A stretch of 64,000 bases of DNA from Nitrososphaerota archaeon (lineage in GTDB: Archaea > Thermoproteota > EX4484-205 > JAAOZP01), in NCBI GenBank assembly GCA_011605725.1, contig JAAOZP010000017.1, positions 192,001 through 256,000 of the forward strand. Direction: 5' to 3'. The translations under genes and the position numbers were made by a program. Below are positions 29,777 through 39,485 of this stretch, piece by piece; the stretch's first letter is position 1; the number at the start of each line of letters is the position of its first letter. A model generated the notes under the pieces. The model was not told the origin of the DNA. It made no database searches and worked only from the letters and a program-made list of their open reading frames with translations.

Positions 29777-30963
29777 TCAGCCCACCTCCAAACCCTTATT
29801 TCGAAAACATAGTGGAAGGAGCCTATTTTAACCATCCTTTTCAAGACGCTAGTCTTAATGTTTCCCGAGGCCATTCCAGTCTGGCATATCGTTACGGATG
29901 GCGGCCTGTAGAAGGTGGCTACGTAGTATTTACCCCTATACTTGACAGGCATTATCATGAAGGCAACGTCCTCGTCAATCGTGCTCGTAATCCTGTAGAC
30001 ACGGTAGTTCTTAGAGCCCTTGTTTATAACCAGGCCGCTCTCACCGTTAGTCTCGTTTCTGAAAGTGCTTAGGTAAACGTAGTACGGCGGGTTGGCTAGG
30101 GCAGTCTGGTTCCTCAAGTGTCTGGCAGCCGGTATCTCCAGAGAACCCTCTATGCTTAAAATAAGGTAGTCGTCAACCGTTGTCCCGTTCAGAATATCCG
30201 TCTCGCCGAGCATGGATGAGTTAACAGCCCTAATCCCGAAGTAGTCCGCGTAAACTATGAGGGCTGAAAAACTCTTCTGAATATTCTTAACCCCTGTTTC
30301 AGCATCTCTTAAAAGGTCTGTGAAATCCAAGCTGGCTCTACCATCGATTCTCACAGGACTCGTCTTGAAAACGTAGTCGACGTAGCACACATCCTGACCC
30401 TGATCCCTATCAATAATCATGAAGACGTATACCCCGGTTAAGTTAGCGCTTACCGCCGGCCTCCCCTCGTAAGTCTTAACCGTAACCTCAACCATGCTGG
30501 GGACCTGAACACCACCTTTAAAATTATAGTAGCCCACGACGCTCGCCGTCAGGTTTAAAGCAGGAGTAATCCTTATGCTGAAGCCATACTTGTTTTCAAG
30601 CCCCAGCAGCCTGGCTACGGTCCAGGCATCTATCTGAACAGTCTCCGGAAGCTGGCCCCCACCAATGTTTATCATCCTGAGAACCTTATCCATGTCAAGC
30701 ACATATGGCTCGCCCCCTGCCTTCTGAAGCCCGAATGAGAGAAGCTGACTGCTATCTTGAATTTTAAGAATATCCCCCCAGTCCTCAGGAATACCGGTGC
30801 TTAGAAGAACCTTATCCATAATGGCTTGAGCAACCTCCTCCAGCTGGTGCTCCCTCGCAGTCGTGAAGGAGAGATAGGCTGTTGGAATAATGTACCCCAT
30901 GAAGGTTACGAGTATGAGTAGGAGGATGAAGAATGCGAACATGTTGTCGATGGTGACGTGCAT
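29773..30963 (-). CDS. Pilin-like membrane-anchored accessory protein
   Basis: N-terminal hydrophobic helix (TIDNMFAFFILLLILV), LLSTGIPEDWG motif; ATGA overlap with the next gene. Confidence 0.7.
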   Translation of the reverse strand: MHVTIDNMFAFFILLLILVTFMGYIIPTAYLSFTTAREHQLEEVAQAIMDKVLLSTGIPEDWGDILKIQDSSQLLSFGLQKAGGEPYVLDMDKVLRMINIGGGQLPETVQIDAWTVARLLGLENKYGFSIRITPALNLTASVVGYYNFKGGVQVPSMVEVTVKTYEGRPAVSANLTGVYVFMIIDRDQGQDVCYVDYVFKTSPVRIDGRASLDFTDLLRDAETGVKNIQKSFSALIVYADYFGIRAVNSSMLGETDILNGTTVDDYLILSIEGSLEIPAARHLRNQTALANPPYYVYLSTFRNETNGESGLVINKGSKNYRVYRITSTIDEDVAFMIMPVKYRGKYYVATFYRPPSVTICQTGMASGNIKTSVLKRMVKIGSFHYVFEIRVWRWAE

Positions 30964-30966
30964 CAG

Positions 30967-31500
30967 TCAACCACCCCCCTTGTTCACGAGCCTTCCAAGC
31001 CCAACCACTATGGCTCCGTCAACCCTCCTAGCCCACACCACGGGGTCGCTAACACCGGAGTGGAGAACACCCGTATAGTTTACAAGGTGGGAGCCGACTT
31101 GAAAAACACCGTCCCCGGTTTCAACAGTCACGTCGACACCCGGGTCCTTCCAAAGCGGTGAGGAAACGTTTATCGCCCTGTTCTCCTCCAGGTAGGCGAC
31201 TAGAAACCAAACCCCGTCAACCTGTTTAAACTCCATCGCGTATCCGTGTCCAGACAGCGAAACCGGGAGGCTGATTGGCTTGTAAAGATCAACGTTGCTC
31301 CTGGCCCTTTGACACATCACGTATAGCCCAGCAACCTCGTAAGCAACCTGATTAGCAACCTCGCCAAGCCTCACTCTAAGGGAGTCGATGGAAACCCAGC
31401 GGTACACCATTGAAAACATTAGTAGAAATATGAAGAGAACAGCGTATAGGGCTGTTGTCAGAATTACTGTTTCAAAAGGTGTTGAAGGCATTCTTCTCAC
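30967..31500 (-). CDS. Pilin-like protein
   Basis: PSTPFETVILTTALYAVLFIFLLMF helix, LGEVANQVA, ISLPVSLSGHGY; sits within the pilus operon. Confidence 0.7.
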   Translation of the reverse strand: MRRMPSTPFETVILTTALYAVLFIFLLMFSMVYRWVSIDSLRVRLGEVANQVAYEVAGLYVMCQRARSNVDLYKPISLPVSLSGHGYAMEFKQVDGVWFLVAYLEENRAINVSSPLWKDPGVDVTVETGDGVFQVGSHLVNYTGVLHSGVSDPVVWARRVDGAIVVGLGRLVNKGGG

Positions 31501-32309
31501 CTGATGGATATCTCGACCTCAACAATGTTCAGAAAGACCAGTGTCCCGTTACCACCCTGGTCTGTAGAATACTCGTTGAAGTATGCTCCTCTTTCAACAG
31601 TTATCGTGATGCGCGTTGAATCGATAAGCTGTATAACCCTGCTCGTCACGTTCACAACCCTTGCGGAAACATCGTAAACATTGCTCCCGCTGAAAGTCCC
31701 CGGGACAATCCTGACATAGGTTATTTCAACCACGTTAAGAGGATCCCAGTTAACCCCGTCCCTCGTAGCGTTGACGATGCCTGACGGAACAACCCTAACC
31801 CGGCCGAAATCCATTATGACCCAGGCTCCCTGCTCACGCTTCAAGTACACCCATCCCAGGGGAGCAGGGTTCTCCGGGCTGACTATCAGGCATTCCGCCG
31901 GCATAAGGGTTTGAACACCCTTTAAAACCTGGAAGTCGAGCGAAGAAACTCCTCCACCACCCCTGAACCTTACGAGGGTAACGTTGTCCTCGAAAACGGT
32001 TTCACCTTCAACCTTTATCCTCAGCTTTTCAGCACCAGGTGTCACGGCAAGCCCGCCGCTGCTTACAGCGAACCTCGTGTAGGCTGCTGAACCCTTAGCG
32101 AGGCTTAAACCCTCAATCATCTGAGCTAGGCTGATCATGCTCGCCTTACCGTTTTCAAACTCCGTGGCCTGAGCCTGCATGGAGAGGTTAAGCTGGGCGA
32201 AGAAAACCCCGGCGACGATCATGCCGAGCGTCACAGTAACCAGCATAACCGTTGCCACAACCTCTGAAACACCCTTCCCGTCAAGCCTAGTCTTAGCCAA
32301 TTTTTCCAC
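31497..32309 (-). CDS. Minor type IV pilin
   Basis: GKG/VSEVVATVMLVTVTLGMIV class III signal peptide. Confidence 0.85.
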   Translation of the reverse strand: MEKLAKTRLDGKGVSEVVATVMLVTVTLGMIVAGVFFAQLNLSMQAQATEFENGKASMISLAQMIEGLSLAKGSAAYTRFAVSSGGLAVTPGAEKLRIKVEGETVFEDNVTLVRFRGGGGVSSLDFQVLKGVQTLMPAECLIVSPENPAPLGWVYLKREQGAWVIMDFGRVRVVPSGIVNATRDGVNWDPLNVVEITYVRIVPGTFSGSNVYDVSARVVNVTSRVIQLIDSTRITITVERGAYFNEYSTDQGGNGTLVFLNIVEVEISIR

Positions 32310-34098
32310 CGCCAGTCGGCACTGGGGCGAAGGAGTAGTATGGTGCTAGCACTATCGTCGCCAGGGTGAAGATGAGGAGCATCAGGGCGTGGAAGAAGCC
32401 TGAAGAAGTCTCTCCGTACGCGATCTTGCCGCCGACTAGACCCATCATGTACACGTGGATTATGACCGGCGGGAGGAGGAGCTGCACAAGGTCTCCGAAA
32501 GCCATTGAGCGTCCAGCCATTAGAAGCATGGACCTGAAGAACGTTAAGAGGGCTATGACTGTTACGACCAGCACACCAGTACCTATGTAGGGTATCATGA
32601 GAAGCGGCTTGAGCTCAGACCTTTTCTCCTTCTCCATGAGTATTATAGACTCGTTGAACCTGGCTAAGGTTTCAAGAGTCTCGGGAGTACCTCCACCAAC
32701 CTCGATAGCGTCGAGAAGCAGGAACATGCTTATCTTCGTAAGCCATGACCTAACCTTCTTGGAGAAAGTCCTATATATTTCAGCATGGCTTATCCCCCAC
32801 GAGATCTGCGTAGCCATAGTCTTAATATGTTTCGAAAGATTGCCGTAGTTCCTCTCCGACAGGGAGATTATGCATTTCTCAGGGCTCAGCCCAGACTTCC
32901 TTATCTCAACAAGATCCCTCAGGAAGCCTGCGAAACCAGTGTCCATACCCCTCTCCTTGAAATTAATGTACATCCTGTAGGCAACCGCTGGGAGTGAAGC
33001 GATGGAAAGAGCAAGAATTAGCCCTATTGAGGGCTCGTAGCCACGTTCAAGGCCGAGATAGTTGTTAAGCCAAGTTATGAAGCCGCTTAGAAAGTTGAAA
33101 GGCGGGATCTCTTTTAAACCTGGAGCAAGGAAGGAGACGCAGAACCCAGGTATCAGCAGAGCCATTATGGGCGTAGCTGTAGCGGCGAAAACAATGTAGG
33201 GAGAATTGTCCTCCATCGGGTATTTCGGCTGAACAACATCTATGAGCCAGAGGAACAGGATGGAGAAGAAGGGTAGGAAAGCATAGCTGAACAGTATGAA
33301 GGACATTATGTTTCCGAATATTCCTCCCCCGGCTCCGGCTACAAGCTCCCCTATCGACATTTGGACAGCGTAAATAGTGTATATGCCTAGCAGGAGGAGT
33401 ATTGCGAAAACTATGTAGACCTCCATGAGCTGCCCAAGCCTCCCGCCTATAAGCTTAAGGTTTTCAAGCCTCTCCTGGAAGAGAAGCTCAGTCCTACGGA
33501 GAAGATAGTGGACAACGTCCCCACCAGTCTTAAGCGTTGAAGCATATCCCAGGAGGAGCTCCCTGAACTCCTTGGAGGGAAGCTTCTTACCAATCTCCTC
33601 CAACGCTGTAACAGGATCGTAGCCAAGACCCCTAACCATGATGTCTAGAAGCTTAGCAGTTTCGGAGAAAGTTGGGAGAAGAGGGACGCGTGAAAGCCTC
33701 ATTATGCTGACGTAGGGAGAGATTCCTCCTGTCGACATTACTGCAGTATAGGCAGCAGCATACGGAACCTCTGAGGAAAGCGAGGCCTTAATGCTTGAAA
33801 TCTTCATCCTGGGCCAAGCGACTCCGAGGAGGAAGACGATGACCGGGAGGCAGAGGAGAAGCACAGGGATAAGGTAGAGCTCGAAACCAATGTTCACAAC
33901 AATCAGGCTGTAGCTGACGATCAGTATGCTTGACAACGCTACTGAGACGATTGCTGTTATGAGCGTCGCCAAGAGCACTATCGAGCCGTAGGCCCTCGGG
34001 TATATTCTTATGCCTGAGGCCTCAAGGTCTCCACACATCTTTGCAACCCTGTCTCCAAGCGGGCCGAAGAGCCATGCGGCGAAGCTCGATATGGACAA
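32293..34098 (-). CDS. Type IV pilus platform membrane protein (TadC/FlaJ, T2SS-F family, duplicated domain)
   Basis: EVPYAAAYTAVMSTGGISP, LKTGGDV, FLRDLVEIRKSGLSPE, AIEVGGG; multiple TM helices. Confidence 0.92.
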   Translation of the reverse strand: MSISSFAAWLFGPLGDRVAKMCGDLEASGIRIYPRAYGSIVLLATLITAIVSVALSSILIVSYSLIVVNIGFELYLIPVLLLCLPVIVFLLGVAWPRMKISSIKASLSSEVPYAAAYTAVMSTGGISPYVSIMRLSRVPLLPTFSETAKLLDIMVRGLGYDPVTALEEIGKKLPSKEFRELLLGYASTLKTGGDVVHYLLRRTELLFQERLENLKLIGGRLGQLMEVYIVFAILLLLGIYTIYAVQMSIGELVAGAGGGIFGNIMSFILFSYAFLPFFSILFLWLIDVVQPKYPMEDNSPYIVFAATATPIMALLIPGFCVSFLAPGLKEIPPFNFLSGFITWLNNYLGLERGYEPSIGLILALSIASLPAVAYRMYINFKERGMDTGFAGFLRDLVEIRKSGLSPEKCIISLSERNYGNLSKHIKTMATQISWGISHAEIYRTFSKKVRSWLTKISMFLLLDAIEVGGGTPETLETLARFNESIILMEKEKRSELKPLLMIPYIGTGVLVVTVIALLTFFRSMLLMAGRSMAFGDLVQLLLPPVIIHVYMMGLVGGKIAYGETSSGFFHALMLLIFTLATIVLAPYYSFAPVPTGGGKIG

Positions 34099-34274
34099 GA
34101 CTAAGTATAATCTTTGAAGTGTTTCTTATATTCTTTTTCCCCGTATTCATATAAGGACATGCATGTCGGAAACACGACAACCGGTGTTTCGCTCTAGTGA
34201 CGAAAATCGCACTCCGTCAATCTAGAGTATGAAGACGAGTCTTTTAAACAAGTGCTTTTCAGAAGAGTTTTACA

Positions 34275-34412
34275 GTTCAATATTGTTCAATATTGTTCAA
34301 AACGGTTCAGCAAGGTTTAGGGAACCTGTTCTTCGAGAGCTGTAAGTCGGTTTTTAACGTTAAAAAAATTTAAATACTATCTTTAATACAGGTTTAATAC
34401 GGAAAGAGGTGA
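34275..34412 (+). promoter_or_regulatory. Major-pilin promoter: 10-bp-phased GTTCA array, 16-bp palindrome, TATA box and Shine-Dalgarno
   Basis: GTTCA at 34275/85/95/305 and GTTTA at 34315; TTTTTAACGTTAAAAA 34351-34366; TTTAAATA 34369-34376; GAGGTGA 34406-34412. Confidence 0.7.
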
Positions 34413-34419
34413 AACAGGC

Positions 34420-34911
34420 ATGAAAATGCTTAACGACAGGAGGGGCGTAAGCCCAGTGATAACGACAGTAATCATCGTCGCAGTAGGCATAACCATCGCG
34501 ATAGCGGTAGCACTATGGATGACAGGCCTAGTGGGAGCATTCATGGGGTATGAGAAGGTTGAGATTAGAAGCTGCTTCGCAGCGCCATATGGAACTAATG
34601 GGTGGAACATATCCATTACTTATTTAAACACTGGATCGACACCTGCCAAGGTAGATAATGTTTTCATTAATGACGTTCCATACAATAGCTGGACTGGCGG
34701 GACCATATCCTTGAAGTGGGCTGAAGAGGGAGGCTCAACAGGCACTACTCTTCCTGCACCTGCGAATATAGGTAAAAGCGTGAATCTTGCCATAACTATA
34801 TCTGCACCTGTTACATTCGGCAACCAGAAGCTAGTGAGCGGTGTCACGGTTACAATTAAGCTTCACTCGACAGGTGGCAAGGAATACTATACTAGTGTAG
34901 TCCTTCCTTAA
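34420..34911 (+). CDS. Major archaeal type IV pilin
   Basis: RRG/VSPVITTVIIVAVGITIAIAVALW, ITYLNTGSTPAKVDNVFIND; strong SD and its own terminator. Confidence 0.92.
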   Translation: MKMLNDRRGVSPVITTVIIVAVGITIAIAVALWMTGLVGAFMGYEKVEIRSCFAAPYGTNGWNISITYLNTGSTPAKVDNVFINDVPYNSWTGGTISLKWAEEGGSTGTTLPAPANIGKSVNLAITISAPVTFGNQKLVSGVTVTIKLHSTGGKEYYTSVVLP

Positions 34912-34916
34912 GATAG

Positions 34917-34944
34917 CCCCTCTCCCCCCATCCCTCTTTTTCTC
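34917..34944 (+). terminator. Pyrimidine/T-tract terminator after the major pilin
   Basis: CCCCTCTCCCCCCATCCCTCTTTTTCTC just after the stop codon. Confidence 0.6.
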
Positions 34945-35083
34945 ACGTTCTTAAGCCGGTGGCCTAGTATTGAATGTTAAAACCGGGTTGGTTTGGAGCA
35001 TTCCGGACTCCCTATTAGGCGGTTTGGAAACAGTATTGTTTAACAAACTTTATAAAACTCTTCCCGCTTCGAATCATCGTCAA

Positions 35084-36736
35084 ATGGGTTCTGCGAAGAC
35101 TGAGGAGAAGAAGGATAATCCTGCTGTCGCAGAGGCTAAGGTTGAGCCTAAGCCTGTGGCGGTTGAGAAGAAGGAGGAGAAGCCTAAGCCTGTGAAGGAG
35201 GAGAAGAAAAAGAAGAAGGAGGAAGAGAAGGAATTAGTTGAATACGTTTTCGAGCCCGTGCCTGTTAACGCTAAGCCTATAGACGAGTACTGGATTGAAG
35301 AGCCTTTCGTAAGAATCCTGATAGTTCCAATCCCGGGCAGGGGTGGTGAGAAAGGATACTTCGTAGACGAGGTTTCTCTCGACAAGACTGAGAGGAGTGC
35401 TTTCAATAGGCTTAAGGATATTCTGAGCAGGGAGCTTAAGCCTCCTGAAGACATGTCTGTGGAGGCGAGGAGCTACGTTATGGAGGAGGCTCGAAGACTG
35501 ATGAAGAAGTATAGGAGCATACTGGGCTCCCTGAACGAGGAGTCCATGAGGAAGGTTGAATACTATATTAGGAGGGATCTTATAGGCTACGGGCCGATAA
35601 ACCCGATCGTGGAGGATAAGAATGTTGAAGACATTTCTTGCGACGGTATTGATAAGCCTGTTTACGTTTGGCACAGGAGGTATGAGAGCCTCCCTTCAAA
35701 CCTGAGGATCGTCGACAAGGGTTATTTCAACGACTTCATTATTAAGCTGGCGCACTTCGCTGGGAAGCATATTAGCGCAGCATTCCCAATCGTGGACGCG
35801 ATGCTCCCTGGGAGGCATAGGCTTGCAGCAACCTATGGGGACGAGGTTTCAACGTTCGGCTCAACCTTCACGATAAGGAAGTTCAGGGAGGAGCCTTTCA
35901 GCATCATCGACCTGATTAAGCTCGGCACGCTAAGCCCCTCTTTAGCAGCTTACTTCTGGTTCATTCTTGACAATAGGCTTACCGTCATGGTTATAGGCGG
36001 CACGGGCGCGGGTAAAACGTCTTTCCTAAACGCTTTAACAAACCTTTTCAAACCAGGGTTGAAGATCGTCACCGTCGAGGAGACTGCTGAGCTGAACATT
36101 CCGCATGACAACTGGGTCCAGTTCGTAACCAGGGAGAGCTACGGCCTCGGAACCTCTAAGATAGGAGAGATAACGATGTACGACCTGGTCAAGACCTCTT
36201 TAAGATATAGGCCTGACTACCTTATCGTCGGAGAGATCAGGGGTGCTGAAGCCTTCGTCTTGTTCCAAGCCATGGCGACGGGTCACGGTGGCCTTAGCAC
36301 TGTTCACGCTGAGAACATTGACTACGCTATTAAAAGGATGACCAGTCCGCCTATGAACATCGCAGAGTCATACATTCCGCTTATGAACGTCGCCTGCCTC
36401 ATCGAGAGGGTTGTCCTGCCTAAGAAGGCTGGAGTACCGTTTGGAAGAAGAGTTAGGCACGTCTGGGAGCTTGACCCCGAGGGGAACAGGATTACGATTG
36501 CACACTGGGACCCGATGGAGGATGTTCACGAGGTTGACTTCAGCAGGTCGGTGCATCTTCCCAATGTGTGCAGGAAGATAGGCATGCCTCCGGACTGGTA
36601 TGTTAGGGAGCTGCAGGTTAGGGAGAGCGTTATAAGGTGGATGATGGATAACAACGTGACGCATTTCAGGGATGTTGCGAGGGTTGTGACGGAGTTCCAT
36701 GTTAAGAGGGCTGAAGTGCTTTCAAGACTAAGGTGA
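35084..36736 (+). CDS. Type IV pilus assembly ATPase (FlaI/TadA/VirB11 family)
   Basis: EDISCDG, FTIRKF, Walker A GGTGAGKT, VEETAEL, LRYRPDYLIVGEIRG, TGHGGLSTVHA; start ATG 35084 after TTTATAAA. Confidence 0.95.
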   Translation: MGSAKTEEKKDNPAVAEAKVEPKPVAVEKKEEKPKPVKEEKKKKKEEEKELVEYVFEPVPVNAKPIDEYWIEEPFVRILIVPIPGRGGEKGYFVDEVSLDKTERSAFNRLKDILSRELKPPEDMSVEARSYVMEEARRLMKKYRSILGSLNEESMRKVEYYIRRDLIGYGPINPIVEDKNVEDISCDGIDKPVYVWHRRYESLPSNLRIVDKGYFNDFIIKLAHFAGKHISAAFPIVDAMLPGRHRLAATYGDEVSTFGSTFTIRKFREEPFSIIDLIKLGTLSPSLAAYFWFILDNRLTVMVIGGTGAGKTSFLNALTNLFKPGLKIVTVEETAELNIPHDNWVQFVTRESYGLGTSKIGEITMYDLVKTSLRYRPDYLIVGEIRGAEAFVLFQAMATGHGGLSTVHAENIDYAIKRMTSPPMNIAESYIPLMNVACLIERVVLPKKAGVPFGRRVRHVWELDPEGNRITIAHWDPMEDVHEVDFSRSVHLPNVCRKIGMPPDWYVRELQVRESVIRWMMDNNVTHFRDVARVVTEFHVKRAEVLSRLR

Positions 36737-36737
36737 A

Positions 36738-37508
36738 TTGTCCTACTGGCTCTGGCTGGAGAATGCTCGCAACATAGTCTCCATAATACTCCTCTCCATA
36801 GCCTCGATCCAGGATGTTAAGAGCAGGGAGATAGATGACCGTGTATGGATCGTCTTCACAGCCTCAGCCCTACTCATAAATATTCTAAGTGTTTTAAACG
36901 GCTCCGTCGAGCCTTTCTGGTGGATTGTTTTCGCAGGCCTTCAGTCAGGCCTCTTCCTCCTCCTGTATTACGGCGGTGTCTATGGGGGTGCTGACGCAAA
37001 GGCCCTTATGTGTCTAAGCCTAATGTACCCTTCCTCCCCAACGGGTTTCCTGACTGACCTGAGCATGGCGAGGCTTCCCGTCGCCTTCTCAACGATGAAC
37101 AACGCCCTATTGTTGACAACCCTATACCTCCCTTTAAACCTGTTTTGGAACCTCCACGTTAAGCTTAAAGGGGTTGAGCTTTTCAAAGGCTTGGGGAAGG
37201 AAAGCGTGTTGCGGAGGATTGCAGCCCTCCTCCTTCTCAGGAAGGTTAGGTTTTCACAGTACCGTGCTGAGAACACTAGGTTCGTTCTCGCCGAGAGGAG
37301 GAGCAGGAGCGGGCTTAGGAGGATAGTCTTCGCGAGGAGGCTGGACGAGGATAAGGCTGAACAGTCTTTCGACGAGGATGAGCATGTTTTCACAAGCTTC
37401 CTCATGCCCCTGCAAACCCTGATACTTCTCGGCCTTGTTGCAAGGCTCTTCTACGGCGATATTCTGCTCTCGCTCTCGCTCCTAGCCGCCAGCCGCCTAG
37501 CAGGGTAA
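36738..37508 (+). CDS. Prepilin peptidase (A24, PibD/FlaK-like)
   Basis: SIQDVKSREIDD and YGGADAKAL catalytic Asp motifs; multi-TM. Confidence 0.9.
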   Translation: MSYWLWLENARNIVSIILLSIASIQDVKSREIDDRVWIVFTASALLINILSVLNGSVEPFWWIVFAGLQSGLFLLLYYGGVYGGADAKALMCLSLMYPSSPTGFLTDLSMARLPVAFSTMNNALLLTTLYLPLNLFWNLHVKLKGVELFKGLGKESVLRRIAALLLLRKVRFSQYRAENTRFVLAERRSRSGLRRIVFARRLDEDKAEQSFDEDEHVFTSFLMPLQTLILLGLVARLFYGDILLSLSLLAASRLAG

Positions 37509-37544
37509 CCCGGTTTTTGAAAAGCATAAAAGCTTCGCCTACTG

Positions 37545-38156
37545 GTGGAACCCCTGTTGAGGGTCTTCGCCTGCTCCGATATTCATCTGCGGCTTAAACT
37601 TTTAGAGGAGACTTTGAAGACCTCGAGAGATGCTGACTTAGCTGTGTGCCTCGGCGACCTCACAGTCTACGGCAAGGGTTTAGACGCTGCCCTGGAGAGG
37701 CTCAGGGCTTTAAACGAGCATGTTTTCACAATACCTGGGAACAATGAGAATCCTGAGGAGCTTAGGGAGAAGGCTTCCGCAATGGGTATTGTTTTCCTCC
37801 ACGGTGGGAAAACTGTTTTCAAAGGCTTCACGCTGGCGGGCGTAGGCGGGAGTCTCCCAACACCCTTCAACACCCCGTTTGAAATCAGCGAGCAAGAGTT
37901 TAAAAGGATCCTCTCAGGCTTCAAGGGGCTGAGCAGCCTCATCCTGCTTTCGCACACTCCTCCCTTCAACACGTCGCTAGACCTTACTTCAACACGTGAG
38001 CACATAGGCTCCGCCGAGGTTAGAAGATTCATAGAGGAGGAGTCTCCGCTAGCATGCTTATGCGGCCATGTTCACGAGAGAGCAGGCCTGTCTGAAAAAA
38101 TCGGGGGCACGCTCGTCATCAACCCTGGGCCCAGGGGGATGGTGATAGAGCTATGA
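37545..38156 (+). CDS. Metallophosphoesterase (calcineurin-like)
   Basis: SDIH, GDLT, PGNNE, SHTPP, CGHVHE, INPG. Confidence 0.9.
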   Translation: MEPLLRVFACSDIHLRLKLLEETLKTSRDADLAVCLGDLTVYGKGLDAALERLRALNEHVFTIPGNNENPEELREKASAMGIVFLHGGKTVFKGFTLAGVGGSLPTPFNTPFEISEQEFKRILSGFKGLSSLILLSHTPPFNTSLDLTSTREHIGSAEVRRFIEEESPLACLCGHVHERAGLSEKIGGTLVINPGPRGMVIEL

Positions 38157-38686
38157 GGATCCTTGTGACGGGTAGGCCTGGGATAGGTAAGACGACGGTT
38201 GTCTCAAAGCTCGCCAAGATGCTGAAGGATAGGAGTGTGAAAGTAGGCGGCATGATAACCTACGAAATCAGGGAGAAGGAGGTTAGAACAGGCTTCCTTG
38301 TTGAGGATTTGAAAACCGGCTTGAAAGGGCTTATGGCTAGCGTCAACTACAGCTCCGGCCCGAGGGTTGGAAGGTATTTCGTCAGCCTGGCGGAGATTGA
38401 GAGAGTCGGTGTCAAGGCTATACGGGATGCTGTCGAGAATGCTGAGGTGGTTATCATCGACGAGATAGGCCCTATGGAGCTCTACTCAGAACCATTCCGG
38501 AAAGCAGTCTCCGAGGCTTTCTCCTCAGGCAAGAGTATTGTCGCAACAATCCATGAGAAGGCTTCTCAACATTCTTTCTGCAGAACTATTCTTTCAGCCA
38601 GCGGTGTTTCAACCTTCGTCGTTACTTTTGGAAACAGGGATCTGCTTCCAAAAATCATCCTCGACAAACTGCTACCTTCCTCTTAA
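38153..38686 (+). CDS. THEP1-like nucleoside triphosphatase
   Basis: TGRPGIGKTT, GPRVGRY, IIDEIGPMEL, ATIH. Confidence 0.92.
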   Translation: MRILVTGRPGIGKTTVVSKLAKMLKDRSVKVGGMITYEIREKEVRTGFLVEDLKTGLKGLMASVNYSSGPRVGRYFVSLAEIERVGVKAIRDAVENAEVVIIDEIGPMELYSEPFRKAVSEAFSSGKSIVATIHEKASQHSFCRTILSASGVSTFVVTFGNRDLLPKIILDKLLPSS

Positions 38687-38879
38687 AAGAGTGTTTAACG
38701 AATAGTTAATAATGTTCTGCTGGTTTAAACACGGATTCTCAGCCTCAGAATGGTTTAAACTCTGAAAGCAGCGCTGGGAATAAGCATAGAGCAACCGTTT
38801 CAAGCATGCTCCGGAAAGGCTTGCGGAGGCTTCTTCCAACCTAAAAGTTTAAAACTGTTAGCCTGTAGGTTTTTCAAGA

Positions 38880-39485
38880 ATGGTTCTGATCGGTGAGCCG
38901 GCTCCTGATTTCGAAGCTCAAACCACAAGGGGCAGGTTCAGGCTTTCCGAGCTTAAAGGCAGATGGGTTCTCATCCTGACGCATCCGTCAAGCTTCAACC
39001 CTGTTTGCACGACTGAGATGATTGCTTTGTCCCAGAGGATTGACGACTTTAGGAAGACTGGGGTCGAGGTTTTCTCAATATGCCCGGAGAGCCTTATGAG
39101 CGTAATATCCTGGGTTAGGGATGTTGAGGAGAAGTATGGGTTGAAAATAATGTTTCCAGTTGCAGCCGATCCCGATCGGAAAACTATTGGTCTCTACGGG
39201 GCTACGGATGCTAAGGGAGGCGTTGCTAGAAGCGTTTTCCTAATAGACCCGGAGGGAGTTGTAAGGCTTACAGCCCAGTATCCTGTTGAAGTCGGGAGGA
39301 ACGTGAAGGAGCTTGCCAGGGCTACTAGGGCTGTTCAAACCTCTGTTAAGTCGAGCCTCCTTGCTCCTGCGAACTGGGAGCCTGGTGAGCCGATGATTAT
39401 CCCCCCACCGTCCACCGTAGAGGAGGCTGACAAGAGGGTTAAGGATGGGGCTGAACGCTGGTATATTCAGAGGAAACAGGTTTAG
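38880..39485 (+). CDS. Peroxiredoxin (Prx6/AhpC family)
   Basis: HPSSFNPVCTTE, RSVFLIDP, YPVEVGRN, PANWEPG. Confidence 0.9.
   Translation: MVLIGEPAPDFEAQTTRGRFRLSELKGRWVLILTHPSSFNPVCTTEMIALSQRIDDFRKTGVEVFSICPESLMSVISWVRDVEEKYGLKIMFPVAADPDRKTIGLYGATDAKGGVARSVFLIDPEGVVRLTAQYPVEVGRNVKELARATRAVQTSVKSSLLAPANWEPGEPMIIPPPSTVEEADKRVKDGAERWYIQRKQV

Noticed and set aside
35098-35233. GAG/AAG-rich low-complexity stretch
   Set aside because: Encodes the K/E/P-rich disordered N-terminus of the ATPase; not a separate repeat element.
25947-37508. Archaellum operon
   Set aside because: No FlaF/G/H or archaellin-type head recognised; gene content fits a pilus.
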